Source: a virus (taxonomy: Duplodnaviria; Caudoviricetes). Taken from it: a stretch of DNA of 38,589 nucleotides. Where the stretch lies: the IMG/VR virus record IMGVR_UViG_3300033076_001091, positions 1 to 38,589 of that record; one strand, given 5' to 3'. The notes under the pieces were generated by a model. That model ran no database searches. It was not told the DNA's origin and saw only the letters and a program-made list of their open reading frames with translations. Below, piece after piece: positions 17,285 to 26,379 of this stretch. Within the stretch, counting starts at the first letter, position 1. Every line of letters starts with the position of its first letter. The position numbers were made by a program, and so were the translations under genes.

Positions 17285-20200
17285 TTATAAACCTTTTTGT
17301 TTCTTCAAATTTTCAATCTCAACTTTCATATCGTTGATTTGAATTTGTTGTTCTTTAATACCTTCAATTAATAAAGCAACTAACTTATCATATTTAACTG
17401 CCTTATATCCACTTTCTCTTGTCTGAACTAATTGTGGTAACACTGCTTCAATTTCTTGTGCAATTACCCCAACATCGTTTCCTTCATATCCGTGCTCAAT
17501 TTTATTTTCTTCTTTCCAATCAAATGTATTACCACTAATTTTAGAAATTTTCTCTAAAGGATTTTCAATAGGTTTGATATTATCCTTAAATCTTCTATCT
17601 GAAGAAGAGTAAGCTACAACGTCATTAGTTGCATCAATTCTACCCGCAGTAGCAGATGCCGCCATACCAACTCCTAATGAATTAAACTGAACATTAGATG
17701 AAGTTGCAACAGCCTGTCCAATTGAGATTGTTACTGCTCCAGTTGCTCCACTTACACTAACACCCGTTCCTGCAACGTTTGAAGTTACACCGGCGTTTGT
17801 TAAAGTTACCGAACTACCTAATGATACTGCTCCACCACCACTTAAACCAGTTCCAGCAGTTACAGTCACCGAAGAGTTAGCTAATTGTCCGTTAGTAATT
17901 GCCGCAGTTCCACTTAAGTTAGAAGTTGTTAAACCTGTAATTTGAGAAGAACCTGAGATTATACCAGCGCCCAATCCACTTATATCAGTTGCCGCTAAGG
18001 TTACTCCACCCGTTCTTGTGTTGAATGAAGTTACACCGGTATTTGCAATTGTAACTGCACCACTACCATTATATGATGTTCCACTTAAACCAGTTCCAAT
18101 TGTTAAAGTTGCTAAGTTAGAACCTAATGCAACTCCACTAATTGTAGAGTTAGCCAGTTGAGCATTTGTTATAGATGCGTTTGGTATCTGCGCAGAACCA
18201 CTAAATACTCCAGTTGATGATAGTATTGTAGCCGCAGTAATTGAACCACCCAATGCAGTTGAATTACCTGCAATAGTGATTGTGCTATTTGCCAAATTAG
18301 CATTTGAAATACCCGCAGTTCCACTTAAGTTTGAGTTTGTTAAACCACTAATTGTATTTGAACCCGCTGCAATAGTTTTATTTGTAAGAGTTTGAGAACC
18401 CGTTACTGTCGCAATTATAGCCGTATCAACTGATAATGTTCTAGATGCTGCAATCGTTCCTCCTCCACTCATACCTAATCCAGCTAATATTGAAACCGAA
18501 GTATGATCAACGTGCTTATTAGCATCATAATTAGTTGTTGCATTATGGTCTATTTGAGATGAACCACTAAATGCCCCAATTGCATTACCTATTGTAGCCG
18601 CAGTTATTGTTCCACCTAATGCAGTTGATTGTCCAGCTATTGTAATTGCATTGTTTGTTAAAGCAATTGTTGGAGTTGCACCTTCACCACTATTATTTGA
18701 TAAAGTAATACCACTACCTGCTACTAACGAACCAACATAATCACCGGTTGTATCTACTCCTAATGCTACTGAATTTGCACTAATTGTAGCCACACCATTT
18801 GATGCGATTGTAATATCACCACTAATACCTGAGAATATTTGTGCTCCACCCGAAACCAATGTTGTTCCAGTTGCAACTAATGAGCCCGTTACAACCAATG
18901 AACCACTAATTCCAATTGCGTTACCATTGTATTCAGTTATAATTGAATCGTTCAAATGGTCTCCTCCTGCACTTCTTGCAATCTTACCATTTGTCAATGC
19001 AACTTCATCACCTAATGAACCCGTATTTCTAGGCCCCATTATTAACATTGCCCCACTATATCCAGATCCACTTGCATTTTGATAAATCCATCTATTATTT
19101 AACGAATCCCATGCTAATGAAGCAGTTGCATTAGATGAACCACTATCATATACTTTTAATCCACCAAATCTTTCAGATGGTTCATTAACATTTACTGAAA
19201 TGTAAGATGTCTGAACATTCAATTGTGATGAAGTTACATAAGTAATAGAAGAAGAACCATATACAATTAAATTCTGAGAAATATATAACGAACCCGTTAC
19301 GTTTTGGTCTCCAACAAAAGAATTTGAACCAGTTGTTGCATATCTACCTTCAATAATATCTAATCTATTATTTTGTGCCAAATCAGTTGTTGCAATAGAA
19401 CTACTTAATGCTGTGTTAGTAGAATCATTTAATGTAGCAACCGATGCACTATATGTAGTATATCCAGTTGTTGAAGATAAAGTAATTTGAGAAGAACCAC
19501 TTATCACTCCATCAGTATTCAACTTAGATTTAATAGTTGTATTGATAGAAGATGTAAATGTATTCAATGATGAAGTTGAAGTATGTATTGCACTAATGTT
19601 TGTATTATTAGATGCAGTATATGAGTTTATACCACTATTGTAAGTGTTTTGAGAACTCGTATATGCATTTAATGAAGATGTTGCAGTATGAATTGCATTT
19701 ATCTTTGTATCATTTGATGCAGTATATGTATTTAAACTTCCAGATGAGGTTTCTAACGCTCCTAATCTATTATTCTGAGTTGTATTAGTTGAATCATTTG
19801 ATGATGTATAAGCATTAAATGCGTTTCTTATACTACCACTTTCAGCTTCTAACCCACTTAATACAGGAGATAAAGATGCGGTATATCCATTGAAAGTGAT
19901 TCTTATACTTCCACTTTCCGCTTCTAATGAATTCAATCTACCATTTTGAGTTGTATTAGTTGTATTATTTGAAGCAGTATAAGAATTTATAGATGCACTA
20001 AAATCATTTAAAGATTGCGTCGTAGCTTCTAAAGCTCCTAATCTATTAGTATGTAATGATATATTAGTATTATTAGATGCAGTATATGAATTTAATGATG
20101 CAGTTGTATTTTGAATCGCAGTTAATTGATTACTCTGAGATTGATGATTTGCATTATTAGAAGATGTGTATGCATTATATTCTGCTTCTAAAATAATTCT

Positions 20201-21283
20201 GTCTTCGTTTGAAATAGTTCCAGCTTTCCAATAGTTATTAGTATTATCCCATAATAAAGAACCGGTTTCACCTGCTCCAGAATCCAATACTTGAATACCT
20301 CCATTACTAGCCGCACTTCCATTTAATTGAACTACATTATCTCCAATATTCAGAGTTGTTGAATCAATAGTAGTAGTTGTTCCTTTAACATTTAAATCTC
20401 CTTTAATTGTCACCGCAGAACCTGTGAATTGAATTGCACTTGCTACTGATGATGAAAATGCTACTAAACTACCACTTACTGTTTCTAATGCCCCTAATCT
20501 ATTATTTTGAGTTGTATTAGTTGTATCGTTAGAAGAAGTATATGTGTTTAAACTAGCAGTTGTGGCCTCTAAAGAACTTAATTTACTATTTTGTGTTATA
20601 TTAGTAGTGTTATTAGAAGCAGTATATGCGTTCATAGAAGAACTATAAGTTTGGAACGCTTGCCCAAAACTAGCAGTTGTCGTTTCTATTGAATTTACTC
20701 TACTTAATAAAGAAGATGTAGTAGTTTGAATACTATCCAATCTACTATTAACTGAAGAACTATATTGTTGAGCGTTTCCGAAACCAGCAATTGTTGAACC
20801 ACTTAATTGACCAGTTACTTTAAAATCACCACTTGCATTAGAAGAAAATGTTCCAACAACTGTATTTGTTCCTGGATCAACTACTTTAATTGAACCCGTT
20901 GAAATATATAAATCTCTCCAAGCCGCAGTTACACTACCTAAATCAAATGCGTTTGTTGTTTGTGGAATTAAAGATGAACTTAAATTCGCAGTAACTGTTA
21001 CTATATCGGATGTTTGATCACCAATTGTAATATTACCACCTAATACTAAATTACCTTTTATTTCACCATTTCCTGTTATATGTAAAGCTCCACCACTAAT
21101 AAATGATGATGCTGATACTGATAATACATTTAATGATGATGATTCACCGGTTGTTGCTAATGTAATATCACCAGCTGCTCCACCGATTTGTAGAGTATTT
21201 AAGGTGCTATTTACATATGGCTCACCAAATGATAATGAACCCGATTTGTCTGCTGTCGAACCTCTTCTAAATTTAAGTGCCAT
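17285..21283 (-). CDS. Long fibre protein with C-terminal intramolecular chaperone (peptidase S74)
   Basis: MALKFRRG..LSFGEPY N-terminus; Ser/Thr/Asn-rich coiled-coil and beta repeats; SSDRRFKDNI..GVIAQEIEAVLPQLV..AVKYDKLVALLIEGIKE. Confidence 0.9.
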   Translation of the reverse strand: MALKFRRGSTADKSGSLSFGEPYVNSTLNTLQIGGAAGDITLATTGESSSLNVLSVSASSFISGGALHITGNGEIKGNLVLGGNITIGDQTSDIVTVTANLSSSLIPQTTNAFDLGSVTAAWRDLYISTGSIKVVDPGTNTVVGTFSSNASGDFKVTGQLSGSTIAGFGNAQQYSSSVNSRLDSIQTTTSSLLSRVNSIETTTASFGQAFQTYSSSMNAYTASNNTTNITQNSKLSSLEATTASLNTYTSSNDTTNTTQNNRLGALETVSGSLVAFSSSVASAIQFTGSAVTIKGDLNVKGTTTTIDSTTLNIGDNVVQLNGSAASNGGIQVLDSGAGETGSLLWDNTNNYWKAGTISNEDRIILEAEYNAYTSSNNANHQSQSNQLTAIQNTTASLNSYTASNNTNISLHTNRLGALEATTQSLNDFSASINSYTASNNTTNTTQNGRLNSLEAESGSIRITFNGYTASLSPVLSGLEAESGSIRNAFNAYTSSNDSTNTTQNNRLGALETSSGSLNTYTASNDTKINAIHTATSSLNAYTSSQNTYNSGINSYTASNNTNISAIHTSTSSLNTFTSSINTTIKSKLNTDGVISGSSQITLSSTTGYTTYSASVATLNDSTNTALSSSIATTDLAQNNRLDIIEGRYATTGSNSFVGDQNVTGSLYISQNLIVYGSSSITYVTSSQLNVQTSYISVNVNEPSERFGGLKVYDSGSSNATASLAWDSLNNRWIYQNASGSGYSGAMLIMGPRNTGSLGDEVALTNGKIARSAGGDHLNDSIITEYNGNAIGISGSLVVTGSLVATGTTLVSGGAQIFSGISGDITIASNGVATISANSVALGVDTTGDYVGSLVAGSGITLSNNSGEGATPTIALTNNAITIAGQSTALGGTITAATIGNAIGAFSGSSQIDHNATTNYDANKHVDHTSVSILAGLGMSGGGTIAASRTLSVDTAIIATVTGSQTLTNKTIAAGSNTISGLTNSNLSGTAGISNANLANSTITIAGNSTALGGSITAATILSSTGVFSGSAQIPNASITNAQLANSTISGVALGSNLATLTIGTGLSGTSYNGSGAVTIANTGVTSFNTRTGGVTLAATDISGLGAGIISGSSQITGLTTSNLSGTAAITNGQLANSSVTVTAGTGLSGGGAVSLGSSVTLTNAGVTSNVAGTGVSVSGATGAVTISIGQAVATSSNVQFNSLGVGMAASATAGRIDATNDVVAYSSSDRRFKDNIKPIENPLEKISKISGNTFDWKEENKIEHGYEGNDVGVIAQEIEAVLPQLVQTRESGYKAVKYDKLVALLIEGIKEQQIQINDMKVEIENLKKQKGL
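17628..17671. repeat. 44-bp exact repeat shared by the two fibre paralogues
   Basis: GTTGCATCAATTCTACCCGCAGTAGCAGATGCCGCCATACCAAC, also at 26711..26754. Confidence 0.9.
19104..19153. repeat. 50-bp exact repeat shared by the two fibre paralogues
   Basis: GAATCCCATGCTAATGAAGCAGTTGCATTAGATGAACCACTATCATATAC, also at 27323..27372. Confidence 0.9.
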
Positions 21284-21313
21284 CTATTTTTATTTTAATT
21301 CTTTTTTATATTA

Positions 21314-21322
21314 TATAAATAT
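21314..21322 (-). promoter_or_regulatory. Putative late promoter ATATTTATA
   Basis: Exact motif 30 nt upstream of ATG 21283. Confidence 0.65.
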
Positions 21323-21347
21323 TGTTTTTGTAACTATTAATATTTTA

Positions 21348-22079
21348 CTAAGGTATTAATAATAATTTAGTATAACCATCTGGAATAGCAGAAGTATTAG
21401 AACCTCCAAAAGGATTTGCATTTGCTACCGCAGAAAGGGCAGATGTTGGAATTGTAAAATTACCAGTATAAACTCCCAATCCTTTTACTATTCTAAAGTT
21501 AGTTATATAACCTCCATATTGCTCCGATGCCAATCCTCCTACTTTTGCACCAATCACAAAATTATTTGGTGAATTGGTGGTAAGATTAGCCGTATTAGCA
21601 GTTCCTCCACTATTTTGAATAACTCCATCATAATATAAATAAACTCTACCACTAATACGAACTAATGCAAAATGTCTCCAAGCATTTTTTTGACTTAATC
21701 CAGTTTTAAGAGCCGATGGAGCCGAATTCCAAACATAAAATGTACCGCTTTCAATACTTACTCCAAATAGGGCTGAACCCGCTCCGTACCAAAATATTCT
21801 TGGAAACGAATTCGTATCAGTTTGATATTGAAACCATTCGATAGTATAATCACCTGTTCCAAATGCAAATCCATCTTGCCCCGCTGCATAAACATATGAG
21901 GTTGAACTATTTGGAAATGAATATGAATTACCACCTCCACTAAATGGAGATTGTGCAACAGTCGTTATACTACCAGCTATTGTAGGAGATGTTACTAATG
22001 TTCCAGATGGAGCACTTCCTCCTCCCACTACTATTGTAGGTTGATGATTATTAAACGCTATGGCAGTAAATAAACCCAT
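21348..22079 (-). CDS. Concanavalin A-like lectin / LamG domain protein
   Basis: FGTGDYTIEWFQY..WRHFALVRISGRVYLYYDG..GYITNFRIVKG..YTGNFTIPT..TKLLL. Confidence 0.85.
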   Translation of the reverse strand: MGLFTAIAFNNHQPTIVVGGGSAPSGTLVTSPTIAGSITTVAQSPFSGGGNSYSFPNSSTSYVYAAGQDGFAFGTGDYTIEWFQYQTDTNSFPRIFWYGAGSALFGVSIESGTFYVWNSAPSALKTGLSQKNAWRHFALVRISGRVYLYYDGVIQNSGGTANTANLTTNSPNNFVIGAKVGGLASEQYGGYITNFRIVKGLGVYTGNFTIPTSALSAVANANPFGGSNTSAIPDGYTKLLLIP

Positions 22080-23626
22080 TATTGTATTTGTCTAGCTCCG
22101 GTTGAAAGGATTGTTGAATTATTAACCATCATCATTGAAACTATATCTACCGCACTTCCACTTGCACTTCCGGTATTGAATGATCCAGAAGGAAATTTAA
22201 ATCCACTATCCCATCTTACACTTCCAGTTGTTGATTGTTGTGTTAATACTAAGTTAGCAGTTAAACCTGGTTGCATATTAGATGCAGTTATATGAGTTAT
22301 AGATGATGAAGGAATAGTTAAAGTAAAGAAAGTTCCTCTTGTGAAATCAATACTTGCAGTTCCACTTGTCACACTTAATGCTACTACATTTCCCGCTACA
22401 CTTCCAGTCACCGTCAAACTACCACTTATTATCTGAGAACCTTTGGTTGTTAATGAACCTGTGATTGAATAAGAAGAAGATAATTGATTTGTACTTTTCC
22501 AAACACTTCCACTTTTCATTAACAAATCTCCATACGAAGATGTTGTTGTAGTATCTACTACATCATTTACTTCACTTAATTTACCTTTTAATTGAGGTCT
22601 TACTAATAAAGTTACATTATTACCATTTATAGTCGTTACTGCTGCTATTCTTGATTTTAAAGCAGGTGCAGTTGGTGAAACATTTGTCATTGCTCCCGCA
22701 ATAGTTGGGTGTGGATAAAGAATATCACCTTCTACCCAAGTTTCACCTGCAGGTTGTATATGTGTTTTACTTACATTTCTAACATATCCAAACCAAGTTG
22801 CAAATCCAGTTCCATTATTTGGAATATTTTCAGTTAAAACACCAACAATGTAATCTGCAGGATATGTTCCATCTCCAACTGCTTTTACTACTGAAATTCT
22901 ATTTCCAAAACTTACACCAGAAGGATTAACCATTACTAAATCTCCATCTTGTAAATCTGCACCACTTTTATTTACAACAGGCGGATAATACAATTCTTGT
23001 CCCATTTGAAGAGTTGCATTATTACCCATTTGTAAATTAATAGTTCCATCCTGAGTATTAGCCCACATTGAATATGATGGAGCAGTTGTTATTCCAGATG
23101 ATGTGTTAAAAGTAATAAAATCTGCTGAAAGAGATCCAGTAAAAGAACCACTATATAATCCTAATATTCTACTATCAACTGAAGAACTAAAATTAGTTAC
23201 GTTTCCAATTCCTACTATACTTCCACTATATCCATTTGCAGTTATATATCCAACAGTCGTATCACTTGCTACAATATATAAACCATTTGCCGCAGGTATT
23301 AATTGTGTTTGTCCAGTTGAATTACCAAACCAACCAATTTTACCCGCTTCAGTTCCAACTAAGGGTAAATTATTAAAATCAATTAAATAAACAGTCGAAC
23401 CTGTTAAAAAATCATTAATTGGAGTTTCATCTGGAATATTAAAATCCCAACTATTGTTAGGTAATCCATCATCTACTACAATTCCCGTTAAATTTGCACC
23501 ATCTCCATAAAATGAACCAGTAAATGCACTTCCAGAGAATATGGATGCGGTTACGTTTAAATCTACTTCTAAATTACTAAGGGATGCATCCGAACCACTT
23601 ACGATGACTTTTTTCCAATTTGGCAT
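22079..23626 (-). CDS. Virion structural/fibre protein with capsid-cement-like middle domain
   Basis: MPNWKKVIVSGS N-terminus; NKSGADLQDGDLVMV..GVLTENIPNNGTGFATWFGYV..EGDILY..GAMTNVSPTAP. Confidence 0.6.
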   Translation of the reverse strand: MPNWKKVIVSGSDASLSNLEVDLNVTASIFSGSAFTGSFYGDGANLTGIVVDDGLPNNSWDFNIPDETPINDFLTGSTVYLIDFNNLPLVGTEAGKIGWFGNSTGQTQLIPAANGLYIVASDTTVGYITANGYSGSIVGIGNVTNFSSSVDSRILGLYSGSFTGSLSADFITFNTSSGITTAPSYSMWANTQDGTINLQMGNNATLQMGQELYYPPVVNKSGADLQDGDLVMVNPSGVSFGNRISVVKAVGDGTYPADYIVGVLTENIPNNGTGFATWFGYVRNVSKTHIQPAGETWVEGDILYPHPTIAGAMTNVSPTAPALKSRIAAVTTINGNNVTLLVRPQLKGKLSEVNDVVDTTTTSSYGDLLMKSGSVWKSTNQLSSSYSITGSLTTKGSQIISGSLTVTGSVAGNVVALSVTSGTASIDFTRGTFFTLTIPSSSITHITASNMQPGLTANLVLTQQSTTGSVRWDSGFKFPSGSFNTGSASGSAVDIVSMMMVNNSTILSTGARQIQ

Positions 23627-23800
23627 TTAATACTACGATTTGAGATTTAGTATCGTTGGAAAAAGGAGTTGGATAGAATATAAGATTGACACAATAAGGA
23701 TATCACCCATTATGAGTCTTTTTGTAAATCTTTATGTAAATCTTCTATCGCGGTTGGTAACACATTTTTGTGCCCACTTCCCTTTCAGGCCAACAATATC
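23627..23800 (-). ncRNA. Candidate cis-regulatory structured RNA (riboswitch-like 5' leader)
   Basis: GC-enriched 53-nt core 23798..23746 with a GAAA-tetraloop hairpin; a downstream antisense segment 23672..23651; a hairpin abutting the AUG (see findings). Confidence 0.6.
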
Positions 23801-23803
23801 AAC

Positions 23804-23812
23804 AATAAATAT
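23804..23812 (-). promoter_or_regulatory. Putative late promoter variant ATATTTATT
   Basis: One mismatch; sits between a terminator and the 5' end of the structured leader. Confidence 0.55.
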
Positions 23813-23832
23813 TATCTTTTTTTAATAAGAAT

Positions 23833-23860
23833 AAAAAAAGGGTAGATTAACTACCCTTTT
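23833..23860 (-). terminator. Rho-independent terminator (possibly bidirectional)
   Basis: AAAAGGGTAG-ATTAA-CTACCCTTTT with T runs on both strands; the stop codon of 23847..24107 lies in the loop. Confidence 0.85.
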
Positions 23861-24107
23861 CTTTTTTTTCTAAATATCTCTTTTGTAATTTGAGAATGAT
23901 ACTATAAATTATTTCTAATTCTATACCTTTAAATGTTGAATTTTTGATTAAATTGAAGAGATATTCAAACTCTTCTATTGTTAAATCAACACCATTTACT
24001 TTTTCTTTTTTCGGAGATTGTTGAGCTTCTTCTTTTTCTATTTTTTCAACAATTTCTTCCGTTTGTTTTTCAATTGGTTGCTTTCCAACTTTAGTAAAAA
24101 TACCCAT
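23847..24107 (-). CDS. Small hypothetical protein
   Basis: 86 aa; charged N-terminus; LTIEEFEYLFNLIKNSTFKGIELEIIYSIILKLQ. Confidence 0.75.
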   Translation of the reverse strand: MGIFTKVGKQPIEKQTEEIVEKIEKEEAQQSPKKEKVNGVDLTIEEFEYLFNLIKNSTFKGIELEIIYSIILKLQKRYLEKKEKGS

Positions 24108-24126
24108 AACCTATTTTATATTTTAA

Positions 24127-25155
24127 TTAAACGTATATATAAATTTCTCCGGCTTCAATTCTCATATTACCAACTTGTTGATACGCAGGGATATCAGTTG
24201 TTACTACCGCTGCCACATAAGCATCTGGTGCAAATGAAGTTGCAGATGAATCAAATGATCCACTAAAACCCCATCTTAATGTTCCCGCATCAAATGCAAA
24301 TGCATGTCCAATACCACTTCCTTCATCCACTACCAAACCCGCTTCATCTGGATTTGTTGAACCACTATTTAAAAGAATGAATTTATCTTCAACTGCTAAA
24401 TTAGCTACGTTTAAGTAAGTTAAATCTCCATTAACATTTAAATCACCACTTACTGTCAAATTACCATTTGCAGTAGCATTAGCACCACTTAATGTGAATA
24501 CTGAATTACCAGCAGAAGATTTAATATCATTACCAGTTATTTGTAAATCTCCTCTAACTTCAACATCTGTTCCATTTAATTCTATTGCAGTTGCAGTTGA
24601 TGAACTGATAGTATTACCAGTTACTTTAATATCACCTGCAAAAGTAGTTAATGTATTAGAAGTTAAAGTAATATTTGTATTACCGTCTGATGCTAAAATA
24701 TCGTTTCCACCTACTTTAATATCACCAGCTACTTCAACATTAGTTCCGTTTAATGTAATTACCGATGCACTTGCACTATTTTTAATTACATTACCACCGA
24801 TTTGTAAAGTTCCAGTGATAATTGGATTAGATACTAAACCGATAGTTACAGTCTGACCGCTAACTCTCGTATCAATTTCATTTGCATCACCTGTGATTGT
24901 TAGGTTTTGAGTTTTTAAGGAAACTGTTCCAGTAGAAGCATCAGAACCGCTGATGTTTAATGTTGAAACTAAACCTGTTAATGCACTACCATCTCCACTA
25001 AAAGAACCTGTGAAAGAACCTGATAATACTGTGTTGGATTGGTTTGTACCAATTACGTTATATCCGGATGCACCAACAACTACTGCATTTGATGCAGAAA
25101 CTATTTGTAGTTCCGCAATACTACCAGATACTATGACTTTTTTCCACTGTGCCAT
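24127..25155 (-). CDS. Virion fibre-like protein with 28-30-aa beta repeats
   Basis: MAQWKKVIVSGS N-terminus; four G(D/T)(I/L)x(V/I)xGNxIxxS repeats; NLAVEDKFILLNSG module. Confidence 0.65.
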   Translation of the reverse strand: MAQWKKVIVSGSIAELQIVSASNAVVVGASGYNVIGTNQSNTVLSGSFTGSFSGDGSALTGLVSTLNISGSDASTGTVSLKTQNLTITGDANEIDTRVSGQTVTIGLVSNPIITGTLQIGGNVIKNSASASVITLNGTNVEVAGDIKVGGNDILASDGNTNITLTSNTLTTFAGDIKVTGNTISSSTATAIELNGTDVEVRGDLQITGNDIKSSAGNSVFTLSGANATANGNLTVSGDLNVNGDLTYLNVANLAVEDKFILLNSGSTNPDEAGLVVDEGSGIGHAFAFDAGTLRWGFSGSFDSSATSFAPDAYVAAVVTTDIPAYQQVGNMRIEAGEIYIYV

Positions 25156-25201
25156 TTTAAATTATTTACTTTATGAGTTTGGGGGTTATATTAATAACAC
25201 A

Positions 25202-25210
25202 TATAAATAT
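25202..25210 (-). promoter_or_regulatory. Putative late promoter ATATTTATA
   Basis: Exact motif 46 nt upstream of ATG 25155. Confidence 0.6.
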
Positions 25211-25235
25211 ATAACTTTTAGTAAAACCTAATACT

Positions 25236-25901
25236 TTATCCAATTCCAACAAAAAATTCTCCAGATGAAGAATAAAACATACCTCCACTTACTACGGAAG
25301 GTGCAATTTGTTGAGGTTGTAAGGTTATACTACCACTTATTATAACATCACTATTTTTAAAAATAGTAGTTTGTTTATTTACATAATCGCCATATGAATT
25401 TCCTATTATTAATTCAGAATTTGAACTTTGAGAAGTGCTTAACTTATTAAAAATTAATTCACTTCCACTTACAATTTGCCCAAATATTAATGATGCACTT
25501 ATTGAACCCGTTACCCAAAGTTTTCCACTATCATCTAGTTTTAATAAATCAGATTGAGTATCAAAAATTTTAAATGCAGTTCCTCCATCGCTTACCGATG
25601 CAGTTACATCACCACTTGCAATTTGATTTAATTGCAATCCAACAACTCCACCGGCTGGTATATTAATTAATCCACTTGCATCTCCAAAAAAACTTCCACT
25701 AAAAGAACCGGTATATGATCCAGAATATGATTCTAATACATCTATTCTATCATTTAAAGATGAAGAGACGGTATTAAATCCTTCTCCTCTGGCACCTTGA
25801 GGCCCAGCAGCAATCACCTTTACAATCCTAGCACCTTCAACGGGTTCAGTTACTACGACTGTATTGTTTTCACTATTTATGATTACTTTATTACTAGCCA
25901 T
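25236..25901 (-). CDS. Putative virion structural protein
   Basis: 221 aa; short collagen-like GPQGARGEG; SGS/TGS motifs shared with neighbours; C-terminus GGMFYSSSGEFFVG. Confidence 0.6.
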   Translation of the reverse strand: MASNKVIINSENNTVVVTEPVEGARIVKVIAAGPQGARGEGFNTVSSSLNDRIDVLESYSGSYTGSFSGSFFGDASGLINIPAGGVVGLQLNQIASGDVTASVSDGGTAFKIFDTQSDLLKLDDSGKLWVTGSISASLIFGQIVSGSELIFNKLSTSQSSNSELIIGNSYGDYVNKQTTIFKNSDVIISGSITLQPQQIAPSVVSGGMFYSSSGEFFVGIG

Positions 25902-25903
25902 TA

Positions 25904-26311
25904 TTAAATTCTAGTTACTTCTCTTTTATTTAGTATAGTTCCCTCTAATAATCTATAAACCTCATCTCCGCTATATAATTCAATATCATATACGGCTTCT
26001 TCAAAATTAAATCCAGCAGTTGTATCGGCGTGTAGATATACCAATACCGCGCCACTAATTGCAGCTGCGCTTCCAGTTCCCGCACTTCCACTAAATTCTA
26101 AATAACTTCCTGTTCTTGCAGCAGAAGATGTTATTAATGGTAAGGTTGCAAAAAGTTTATTTTTGGTATTATCTGCATAATCAGAACGAATTTGCATTTT
26201 GGCATCGTATCCCTGCAAATCAATATATGATCCAGAAGCATCCGTATATTCAATACCGAATCGATACGTTGCTCCTTGTTCTATTGTAAATGAATATTTT
26301 CCAGCTGACAT
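25904..26311 (-). CDS. Small Ig-like fibre adaptor (BppU-N-like)
   Basis: YSFTIEQGATY..IDLQGYDAKMQIR..AVYDIELYSGDEVYRLLEG. Confidence 0.65.
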   Translation of the reverse strand: MSAGKYSFTIEQGATYRFGIEYTDASGSYIDLQGYDAKMQIRSDYADNTKNKLFATLPLITSSAARTGSYLEFSGSAGTGSAAAISGAVLVYLHADTTAGFNFEEAVYDIELYSGDEVYRLLEGTILNKREVTRI

Positions 26312-26341
26312 CTGAATTAATAAATTGTTTGTTTAATCTAC

Positions 26342-26350
26342 TATAAATAT
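26342..26350 (-). promoter_or_regulatory. Putative late promoter ATATTTATA
   Basis: Exact motif 30 nt upstream of ATG 26311. Confidence 0.65.
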
Positions 26351-26379
26351 GATAAAGAAAATATAATCAAATATTTTAA

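Noticed and set aside
23722-23745. Tandem AAGATTTACA direct repeat as an operator or iteron
   Set aside because: Only two AT-rich copies, inside the long hairpin of the leader; not supportable as a separate element.
23746-23798. Hammerhead ribozyme, tRNA or canonical c-di-GMP riboswitch
   Set aside because: CUGAAAG does not match CUGANGA, there is no cloverleaf or T-loop, and only a partial resemblance to c-di-GMP-II without its kink-turn region.
23640-23825. 61-aa plus-strand ORF spanning the structured intergenic region
   Set aside because: TTG start, opposite to all other genes, no motif; the base-pairing pattern explains the region better.
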